Assembly: GCF_008000775.2 (NCBI RefSeq)
Contig: NZ_CP042905.2
Location: forward strand, 3,990,001-4,022,000
DNA length: 32,000 nucleotides
Direction: 5' to 3'
DNA from: Promethearchaeum syntrophicum
GTDB lineage: Archaea > Asgardarchaeota > Lokiarchaeia > Sigyniarchaeales > Promethearchaeaceae
Shown here: positions 24,638 through 32,000 of the stretch, piece by piece
How the letters are laid out: each line of letters starts with the position of its first letter
Numbering within the stretch: the stretch's first letter is position 1
Notes under the pieces: generated by a model
Seen by the model: the letters and a program-made list of their open reading frames with translations, nothing else
Databases searched by the model: none
Told to the model about the DNA's origin: nothing
Program-made: the position numbers and the translations under genes

Positions 24638-25114
24638 ATGGCTGAAGAACAACCAGTTAAAGAAAATATTGTACCTGAAAAAAAGAAAAAAAAGAAAAAA
24701 AAATTGCTTGGATTTCCGAGTGTAATGTGGGCTCAACTCTCTGGACTTAATGAAAGTGAATATTTCGCAGAAAATTATGGGGAAGATGATTATTCACTCT
24801 TACTCAGAGCTACAGATGACAACCGTTGTGCAATTGTGAAAGTAAAAGGGGGAAAAATCCAGGTAGAGCAAATAAAAAATAAACCTGAATTTGTGAAACC
24901 AGCGAAGAAAGAAACTAACGGTGGAATTACCGCGGACACAGAAACTTTCTTGAAGTTTGGAATGGGTACGGTAAAACCTATCCCTGCGATCTTGAGTGGT
25001 CAATTGAAAATACGAGGAGTTTTCAAAGTTTTAAGATTCAAAAAATACTTCGGAATTCTTCGCAAGATGAAACTCGAGAAAAAAGCAGCACTAGAAGCTC
25101 AAAAACAACTATAA
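24638..25114 (+). CDS. SCP2 sterol-transfer-like protein with poly-Lys N-terminus
   Basis: 158 aa; 'ATDDNRCAIVKVKGGKIQVEQIKN...GGITADTETFLKFGMGTVKPIPAILSGQLKIRGVFKVLRFKKYF' matches the SCP2 pattern; 'KKKKKKKKLL' near the N-terminus. Confidence 0.6.
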   Translation: MAEEQPVKENIVPEKKKKKKKKLLGFPSVMWAQLSGLNESEYFAENYGEDDYSLLLRATDDNRCAIVKVKGGKIQVEQIKNKPEFVKPAKKETNGGITADTETFLKFGMGTVKPIPAILSGQLKIRGVFKVLRFKKYFGILRKMKLEKKAALEAQKQL

Positions 25115-25143
25115 AATTTAGTAGATATTTTACTCTTTTTTTG

Positions 25144-26457
25144 TTACTTTTTTACGATACCTTTCAAGAAGTGGTAAACCTTTTTCGCAACAGTTGGGAA
25201 TTGAAACCCTATTTTTTCCATTACTTTTAATTTTCGAGCTAGAAAAATGTTAAAAATTAGACTTAAAATCTCGATTATTCCGGCTACTAAAAAGGCCATA
25301 CTGTAGTTTCTTCCAAAGATCAGACCAAAAATAGGCCCCAAAATCATCCCAATATTACCAAAAAAGTTGAATATGCTCACGGCCATTGCATTATGCTCAG
25401 GTTCGATTATATCTCCTAACAAAGAATTATTTGGAGTCATGGTGAGCCCTTGGGCACATCCTTGAAACATTAAAAATATTATAAAGATGACCAAAGAGTC
25501 TTGAGCGACAATTCCTGTTAAAGATAAGAGGACTCCATAAATGATAGATCCAAGTGCCAAAGGTTTAATCCTTCCCCAAGGTCCATCACTCTTCCTCCCA
25601 ACAGGATAAGAGAGAATTATTGATGGAATCGCTGATAATCCAAAAATCATCCCGCGCATACTCGGTTCTAAGGGGATAACAAAAGTGAGATAAAGGGGAA
25701 TAAGGGCAATTAAGAATCCCATATGTAAGCGATCAATAAAATTGAAGAGGGCTGGAACCAGAATATGGGGTTTTTCCTTAGCTAGAAAAATACTTTGCTT
25801 TATTGTTGGGTGTTGCTGAACAAATTTAGGATCTTTAAGAATTAGAATTGCCAGTAAAAATACAATGGAATAAGATCCAATTGAAACATAAATGGGAACA
25901 TAAGTCCCAAAATTTGCGAGGAAACCACCTAGCATTGTTCCACTCCCCATGGCCATTCCCATAAAAATCGTATTAATTGAAACGGATTTAGCTACATTTG
26001 ACCCACTATAATCATACACTAACACCATTAATGTTTGCCATACAAGAATATGGGATATGCCTTGGAATAAGCGGAATAATAGTAGTATCTGAAAATTAGG
26101 TGAAAAACGGAATAAGGTTGAAAATAGTAAGAATCCAAATGATCCAATAATGATAAAAACTTTCCGTTTTCCTTTTTTATCGGAGAATGGGCCAATAATT
26201 AAACCTACAATAAAGGCAACATAATATATCGAGTCATATAATGAAGAATACTTAATAATGGTTAATTCTGATAAAGGATTAATCGGACTAGAAAAAAGTG
26301 CGGTAAATAGTTCCTTATCATTCGAATGTAAAAGCGCGGGTGCTAAAATTGAGAAAAAAGTCATCACTGATACCAAGTAAACCATTCGATGAATTTTTTC
26401 TCCTTGCGGTTGAATTTGAGAAGTTAAACCTTGATCTTTCGAATTTTTTCCTATCAC
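25144..26457 (-). CDS. Major facilitator superfamily transporter
   Basis: 437 aa, about 12 TM; 'GLIIGPFSDKKGKRKVFIIIGS' and 'GRKSDGPWGRIKPLALGS' MFS loop motifs. Confidence 0.88.
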   Translation of the reverse strand: MIGKNSKDQGLTSQIQPQGEKIHRMVYLVSVMTFFSILAPALLHSNDKELFTALFSSPINPLSELTIIKYSSLYDSIYYVAFIVGLIIGPFSDKKGKRKVFIIIGSFGFLLFSTLFRFSPNFQILLLFRLFQGISHILVWQTLMVLVYDYSGSNVAKSVSINTIFMGMAMGSGTMLGGFLANFGTYVPIYVSIGSYSIVFLLAILILKDPKFVQQHPTIKQSIFLAKEKPHILVPALFNFIDRLHMGFLIALIPLYLTFVIPLEPSMRGMIFGLSAIPSIILSYPVGRKSDGPWGRIKPLALGSIIYGVLLSLTGIVAQDSLVIFIIFLMFQGCAQGLTMTPNNSLLGDIIEPEHNAMAVSIFNFFGNIGMILGPIFGLIFGRNYSMAFLVAGIIEILSLIFNIFLARKLKVMEKIGFQFPTVAKKVYHFLKGIVKK

Positions 26458-26635
26458 TTAAAATGCACTGGACCTAACTTTACTGCTCTATAAAATAATT
26501 TCTTAAAATTTTAATTTTTGGATTGCAAAAATAATTAGAAAATTCTTCAATCATATACCATCTAATCCATATTTTATTGAAATTGCCTCCAAACGGACAA
26601 AGTTGGCAATCTCTTAAGAAATCACACCAATCCCA

Positions 26636-27421
26636 TTATTCTTTTACATTTCTGAAATTGCGATCTTTTACAATAATCAAAATTATCGTAATGATTAGAA
26701 ATATAATTTGAAGGATGGCTCCAATTAGTGTAGAAAAAGGTAAAAAAACACCTAAGGCAAAATTTGATGATGTATGGACTAAAATGGATGCTACTACAGA
26801 ATTATTGGTATGGAGAAATATCCAAGTTAGAAAAATACTAAGTAAAACTGTCATTATCAAATATCCGATTAAATATAGGGGTGATTTTAAGGAATTTTGA
26901 ATTGTACCTTCAATAAAAAATAGAGGTAAATGCCACACTGCCCATATTACTCCCAGTAAAAAACTTGACTGCAATGCTTTTCTTTTTTCCATTAAACATG
27001 GTAATACTAAAGCTCTCCACCCAAATTCTTCTCCAAGTGGCCCTCCTAGTACAAGAATATAGCCAAAAACAATTGGTAGAACTTCTGGTTGGGATAAAAA
27101 TTCGGATTCAATATGATATCCGGTTATTGTTGATATCAAGTATACGATCCCATAAATTATTGGAAAAAAAAAGATACTAATGATATACCACAGAAAAGAA
27201 AATCGAAAATGAAGTGACTTCTTAAAAGTTGAACGAAGCGATTTTTTCTTCCAGATGAAGATTAACGCGATTATTGTGGGACAAAATGCCCCAAATATTT
27301 GTAAAATGCCAAAAAAGCCAAGCTCTGGAACAATATTTGCACTTGATAAAAGTGGAAGAAGCCAAAAAAGCCAAGAACAGATAAAAACGATAAGGATATA
27401 TGATCGAATCGGATGTTTCAT
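26636..27421 (-). CDS. CPBP family intramembrane metalloprotease
   Basis: 261 aa; 'GGPLGEEFGWRALVLPCLMEKR' (EExxxR) and 'WAVWHLPLFF' motifs. Confidence 0.88.
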   Translation of the reverse strand: MKHPIRSYILIVFICSWLFWLLPLLSSANIVPELGFFGILQIFGAFCPTIIALIFIWKKKSLRSTFKKSLHFRFSFLWYIISIFFFPIIYGIVYLISTITGYHIESEFLSQPEVLPIVFGYILVLGGPLGEEFGWRALVLPCLMEKRKALQSSFLLGVIWAVWHLPLFFIEGTIQNSLKSPLYLIGYLIMTVLLSIFLTWIFLHTNNSVVASILVHTSSNFALGVFLPFSTLIGAILQIIFLIITIILIIVKDRNFRNVKE

Positions 27422-27531
27422 TATATAATGATATTGAAGAGAAGTAGATAAATTTTTCCTATATATAATGAAAAATAGATTAATTAGAAAACGGAAGTCC
27501 TATATAAAGAACAAAAAAAAAATGTGATTTT

Positions 27532-28641
27532 TCAGATTTCAATTATCTCATAATCTTGATAGCCTAATCCAATTTTCTCTCCATAAATAAACTGTAATTC
27601 TCCTTGGGTTGATTCATTAAGCCCTTTAAACTTATCTTCTCCCGGTGATAAATTCGATTTTAAATTGGTTCCTTCAAATCCATGCTGTTTATTAACTAAA
27701 TCATAACTTGCTTTATCAATGGCAACGGGATCATCGGAGGCTAAGAATCCAATATCTTGCACAATATATTTATTGCTCACTCCGAAACAATCACAATCGG
27801 GAGTGATATTAATAAGAAAATTGAAAAATCCAATTTTTCCTTTCTTCATATTCCAAACACCATAAGCATATTCAGTCATTCTTTCAACAAATTCTGGGAT
27901 CTCAGTCTCCCAATCCATAGTAATTGCTTTTTCAGGACAATTTTGGATGCATTCTCCGCAACCGATACAATTTTCAGAATGAATTACTGATTTTCCATTA
28001 ATTAACTCAATAGTTTGAACTGGACACACTTCCACACATCTTCCACATCCAATACATAACTCTTCATCAACAATTGGTCTTACACTATGTTGTTCTTTTT
28101 TTCCTGCAACGGGTGCACATCCCATACCTAAATTCTTAACTGCTCCACCGAATCCGGCCATAATATGCCCTTTAAAATGAGAAGAAACAATCATGCTGTC
28201 AGCATGGAAAATATCAGAGGCGATTTTTACTGATTTAAAATGTTTTTTAGAAATCTCAACTTCAATAAAATCTCTACCTTTTAGCCCATCAGCAATTATT
28301 AATGGAGCATTTACAACAGAATGTGCGAATCCGTGTTCATTTGCTACGTTGAGATGCCCAACTGCATTATTTCGAGGACCTGAATATAATGTTGTAGTAT
28401 CTGTAATGAATGGATCTCCACCTGCTTCAATAACCTTGTCTACTATTGCTCGAACATACCAAGGGGGAACAAATGAAGTGTTACCTTTTTCTCCAAAATG
28501 AACCTTAACAGCCGTTAAATCTTTGGGAGAAATTAACTTTTTAAATTCAGCTCTATCAAATAATCTTTTAATTTTGGATTCTAGATTATCTTCAAATTCG
28601 TCAATATGAAGATTTGCATAATAAACCTTACTTCTTTTCAT
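27532..28641 (-). CDS. DUF362 domain protein with two 4Fe-4S motifs
   Basis: 369 aa; 'TAVKVHFGEKGNTSFVPPWYVRAIVDKV', 'KGHIMAGFGGAVKNLGMGCAPVAGK', 'CIGCGRCVEVCP' and 'CIGCGECIQNCP'. Confidence 0.92.
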   Translation of the reverse strand: MKRSKVYYANLHIDEFEDNLESKIKRLFDRAEFKKLISPKDLTAVKVHFGEKGNTSFVPPWYVRAIVDKVIEAGGDPFITDTTTLYSGPRNNAVGHLNVANEHGFAHSVVNAPLIIADGLKGRDFIEVEISKKHFKSVKIASDIFHADSMIVSSHFKGHIMAGFGGAVKNLGMGCAPVAGKKEQHSVRPIVDEELCIGCGRCVEVCPVQTIELINGKSVIHSENCIGCGECIQNCPEKAITMDWETEIPEFVERMTEYAYGVWNMKKGKIGFFNFLINITPDCDCFGVSNKYIVQDIGFLASDDPVAIDKASYDLVNKQHGFEGTNLKSNLSPGEDKFKGLNESTQGELQFIYGEKIGLGYQDYEIIEI

Positions 28642-29506
28642 ATTTGAATGGCCTCACCATCTTTTTATCAAGATTTCGTTTTTTTTTTATTCTAAATACA
28701 AAATATACTACAGAACCACCGAAAACGAAAACCATTAAAACTATCCATATAATTCCTTGACCATCCACTACAGTTTTCTTATACTCATCAAATTGATCAT
28801 CACCAGTTGAATCTAAACCAGCAACATTCGCAGGATTATATGGATTTTCGTCAGCTCCAGACACGGTTGAATATTCAGGAAGGATTTCAAATTGTCCAAA
28901 TGATTCCGTGCTTGTTGATGGATCTTTCAGATAATAATCTCCCAATAATAAAACACCAGTAGTGCTATAATAATAAGTAAATTCAATAACTTTGATTAAG
29001 AAGACAAATCGGATGTAATAAGCGAGATTAATAGAATAACCGGAAGGACCGACCGTAAATTTTACCGATACGTCATCATTCTCATCAAAATAATTCTGAA
29101 ATTCACTCTCTAAATTAGAGAATTTTGTACCGCTAGGCAAAATTAAAGTTAAAATTGCACCTGCTCCAAAAAGATCTTGAGTTATATTCCCCGTAATAGT
29201 AGTATTCAAATATCCATCAGCAGTTTCATTAAATCCAGTCAAATTTGCAGCAAAAAAACCGTTATAAGTAATATTGATGGCAGTAGAATCCTCAATAGTT
29301 TTATTTATTTCATATTTTGCATAACTTATTTGATCTCCAGATGTCATTTTATACATCAAAATATCACCTTCTGCTGCAGCAATTTCAAATTCCGCTGCAT
29401 TTGAATATCCAATTGTCTGGGAGAATATTGCTATGATAATTAATATAACGAGGACTGTAGATCGAGCGCTATTTTTTCTCAATTTTAAATGATTTAAACT
29501 ATACAT
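28628..29506 (-). CDS. Secreted/membrane-anchored surface protein of unknown function
   Basis: 292 aa; N-terminal hydrophobic signal 'STVLVILIIIAIFSQTIGYSNA', Thr/Asn-rich ectodomain, C-terminal TM 'IIWIVLMVFVFGGSVVYFVF' followed by RIKKKR. Confidence 0.65.
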   Translation of the reverse strand: MYSLNHLKLRKNSARSTVLVILIIIAIFSQTIGYSNAAEFEIAAAEGDILMYKMTSGDQISYAKYEINKTIEDSTAINITYNGFFAANLTGFNETADGYLNTTITGNITQDLFGAGAILTLILPSGTKFSNLESEFQNYFDENDDVSVKFTVGPSGYSINLAYYIRFVFLIKVIEFTYYYSTTGVLLLGDYYLKDPSTSTESFGQFEILPEYSTVSGADENPYNPANVAGLDSTGDDQFDEYKKTVVDGQGIIWIVLMVFVFGGSVVYFVFRIKKKRNLDKKMVRPFKYEKK

Positions 29507-29553
29507 ATCTATGATACTAAATCTACGTTAATATAAAAATTCAGAACAGATTA

Positions 29554-30090
29554 TTAATCGATTTCCAAACCCATCATTTTGGCGTCATAGAATTTTCCGT
29601 TAATTTGGAGTGTACGCGAATTTAAACCTTCCTCTAAGAACCCTAATTGTTCATAAAGTTTAATCGCACCAATATTATCAGTTCTTACTGTTAAGTTGAT
29701 TTTTCGAATAATTTTAGATTGCTGAGCCCAGTCAATTAAAAATTGCATCATTTCACTTCCAATCCCTTGCCTCCAAAACGTTTTTCTGACTGTAATTCCT
29801 AATCCAGTTAGATGTTCTATACGTTTCCGTTTTCCACCAGACATACTTGCTATGCTTACTATTTTTTTTTTAAGTAAACCTAAAATTAAAATACAACTCT
29901 TTGAACCTTGTAATGATTGCAGGAATTTTTGCTCGCGTTCAACTGTCATTCCAAATTCTCCAGGACCATAACTAATATTGTCTGATTCTCCGGACACTTG
30001 TTCTGCATATTGTAAGATTTCTGTTGCGTCTTCTGGTAATGCTTTCCGAATAATTAATACATCCCCGGATTTTAAATTAATTTCTTTCAT
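29554..30090 (-). CDS. GNAT family N-acetyltransferase
   Basis: 178 aa; 'EHLTGLGITVRKTFWRQGIGSEMMQFLIDWAQ...INLTVRTDNIGAIKLYEQLGFLEEG'. Confidence 0.9.
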   Translation of the reverse strand: MKEINLKSGDVLIIRKALPEDATEILQYAEQVSGESDNISYGPGEFGMTVEREQKFLQSLQGSKSCILILGLLKKKIVSIASMSGGKRKRIEHLTGLGITVRKTFWRQGIGSEMMQFLIDWAQQSKIIRKINLTVRTDNIGAIKLYEQLGFLEEGLNSRTLQINGKFYDAKMMGLEID

Positions 30091-31117
30091 GTAAATTATT
30101 CTCCAAGGGGATTAAATCCTTAATTGTAGGAGGAGGGATTATCTGTAAACTTGACAATTTCTTATCTAATATTTCTAGAAATTGATCCAATTTTTCTTTC
30201 AACAATCGACATCCTAATGCATTAGCATGGCCACCAGCAGTTCCATCAAATTTCTCTACTATCGGTGGAATAATCATCTTGAGATCCACTAAATTTCTTC
30301 CGCGGATTGTTATATCAACTAAATTGGGTTTAGATTTCAGATGTCGAATCGTCAACCCTAAATATAACCCAGAATGACCTAATATCCAATAAGCAATTTT
30401 TGATCTTGAACCAAAAGGAGGATTGATTATATAGGCTAAATTTTCGCGCTTTTTATATAATGTTATAATTTTTTTTCGAATTTGTTTTTCTCTCCTACTA
30501 ATTTTTAAGGCTCCCTCCGCCAAAAATTTAATATCACAAGGAAATTCTCCTTTACTTAAACGCTTAACCACATTTCTTAATGTATCATACCTTGAACCGT
30601 TATTTGATTTCATCAAACCTTGCGCAAGCAGGCCTGCATCCAAAAATAAAGATCTTCTCTCATAATGATGCAGCATTTCTTGCATCAAAGGAGTATTATC
30701 TAAATAATCACATATAGCTCCAAGTAAAGCAATATGATCGGCATTCTCGGGCAAATCGTGATAAAAATATCGATATACAATCTCAGTCGCCGAAACTCCT
30801 TCTTTATGGATATTTATCACTGCGGGAGGGAGTGGTTTTGGCAATGAATGATGATCAAAATAATGAATGGAATGATTTTGGGCAATTTTTTCTAATCTTG
30901 AGTAAGTTTTACTATAAGATCTCTTATCCTGTGCAATATCACAGATAATTAGGTCATCATCAATTTCTTTAATATCATGGCCTAAACCAGCGGGGTGAGT
31001 GAAAAAGACTTGGGCAGTGGAATATTTTTTGACCATTTTTATAAGAGCTGCAGAACATACACCGTCACCATCAAGATGTGTAAAAATTGTTGTCATGAGT
31101 AAAATAGAGTGTTTCAT
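30077..31117 (-). CDS. DHH family phosphoesterase
   Basis: 346 aa; 'THLDGDGVCSAALI', 'DDLIICDIAQD', 'IHYFDHHSLP', 'GGTAGGHANALGCRL'. Overlaps the GNAT gene by 14 bp. Confidence 0.88.
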   Translation of the reverse strand: MKHSILLMTTIFTHLDGDGVCSAALIKMVKKYSTAQVFFTHPAGLGHDIKEIDDDLIICDIAQDKRSYSKTYSRLEKIAQNHSIHYFDHHSLPKPLPPAVINIHKEGVSATEIVYRYFYHDLPENADHIALLGAICDYLDNTPLMQEMLHHYERRSLFLDAGLLAQGLMKSNNGSRYDTLRNVVKRLSKGEFPCDIKFLAEGALKISRREKQIRKKIITLYKKRENLAYIINPPFGSRSKIAYWILGHSGLYLGLTIRHLKSKPNLVDITIRGRNLVDLKMIIPPIVEKFDGTAGGHANALGCRLLKEKLDQFLEILDKKLSSLQIIPPPTIKDLIPLENNLHERN

Positions 31118-31237
31118 CCTTATAAATTAAAAAAATTAATAATTAATTACAAGTTTCAGTGTTTTCTTTAATTTTCATAATAAATTGTTATTAAAACCAA
31201 CAATCATTTGTAAGATTACTAATTTTGGTGTTTAACT

Positions 31238-31987
31238 ATGCTAGGAAAATATGTCGAAATCGCACGCGGTGTGAAAGATTTAGATGCTACTTTACCTTAC
31301 TATGAAAAGATCGGATTAAAAAAAATTAAGGAAGGAAGCGAACCAATGAAATGGGCCCTATTTACTGATGGCCGAGTGAATATTAAACTATTTCAAATGG
31401 AGAATGAATTCACTGGTTTAATGTATTATACGGATGATTTGAGCGGAGTAAAACTTAATCTTAAAGATGCAAGAGTTGAATTTTCAGAGATGAAAGACCC
31501 TATGGGAAATGACATGATTATGTTGAAGGATCCCGACGATTTAAACATTGCTATAAGTGAAGAACCTTATGACGTAGATATTGTACCAGATATGTATGCG
31601 GAATCCAAAAATCCATACGGTTATTTTGGCGAATTCTCAATTACAGTAAAAGATCTGAATAAGTCCATTGAGTTCTGGGAAAAACTTGGGTATATAACTA
31701 CGATGAAAATGAAGATGGTATTTAAATTTGCTATTCTACTTGATGGTCGAATGGTAATCGGACTCCATCAAAATGCTAAGCAAGAAACAGAGGCAATAAC
31801 CTATTTCTCTCCGAAAATGAAGGAATTTATACCCAAACTTCAAGAAAAAGGGCTAGTTTTTCGAGAGGGTCCTATGGTAAAACTGAAAAAAGGCAATGGT
31901 ATTACAAGTGCACCAGATGGTCAAGTGTTCTTCTTTTTCAAAGGAAAGGTCAAAATGCCTGAAAAATATCATTATTTAATTCAATAA
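31238..31987 (+). CDS. VOC/glyoxalase-fold protein with two tandem domains
   Basis: 249 aa; 'ARGVKDLDATLPYYEKIGLKKIKEG...FTDGRVNIKLF' and 'ITVKDLNKSIEFWEKLGYITTMKMK...LLDGRMVIGLH'. Confidence 0.85.
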   Translation: MLGKYVEIARGVKDLDATLPYYEKIGLKKIKEGSEPMKWALFTDGRVNIKLFQMENEFTGLMYYTDDLSGVKLNLKDARVEFSEMKDPMGNDMIMLKDPDDLNIAISEEPYDVDIVPDMYAESKNPYGYFGEFSITVKDLNKSIEFWEKLGYITTMKMKMVFKFAILLDGRMVIGLHQNAKQETEAITYFSPKMKEFIPKLQEKGLVFREGPMVKLKKGNGITSAPDGQVFFFFKGKVKMPEKYHYLIQ

Positions 31988-32000
31988 CTTCAATTTTTTT

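Noticed and set aside
23093-24640. Full insertion-sequence boundaries with terminal inverted repeats
   Set aside because: I compared both flanks by eye and found no convincing TIR or target-site duplication, so only the transposase CDS is reported.
1-32000. CRISPR array, phage/defence island, rRNA or tRNA genes
   Set aside because: No regularly spaced direct repeats, no Cas or phage structural motifs, and no recognisable rRNA/tRNA core sequences were seen.

Overview
AT-rich, gene-dense archaeal window. The Roadblock/LC7 and longin-like domains, TFB/TBP-like TATA boxes, strong Shine-Dalgarno sites and many lineage-specific membrane proteins suggest an Asgard/Lokiarchaeota-like genome; this assignment is inference. 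Recognisable content in order: a thioredoxin-like fragment next to a DUF318/ArsP-type permease; a multi-TM hybrid histidine kinase/receiver; a fusion of a transposase-type HTH with a Roadblock/LC7-like domain; a DUF998-like membrane gene divergent from a double-wHTH regulator; an orphan 153-aa gene whose 3' end recurs as a remnant beyond a multi-TM gene; an epoxide-hydrolase-like protein; an EutA-like reactivase with an unusual N-terminal extension; four tandem divergent Hsp20 genes behind a palindromic operator-like site, flanked by a truncated and an intact copy of a DNA methyltransferase 3' end; a methyltransferase gene overlapping mutS by 4 bp (ATGA); DUF3795; a TPR plus longin/roadblock-like protein; a DUF6512-like gene with one in-frame TGA; a DDE transposase; an SCP2-like protein; MFS; a CPBP protease; DUF362 ferredoxin-type; GNAT; a DHH phosphoesterase; and a two-domain VOC protein. 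I found no CRISPR array, rRNA or tRNA. The best leads for something undescribed are (i) the Hsp20 locus with its operator and flanking methyltransferase-tail repeats, (ii) the same 'intact gene - cargo - 3' remnant' layout occurring a second time in the window, (iii) the HTH-Roadblock regulator with promoter repeats, and (iv) the mutS/methyltransferase coupling.
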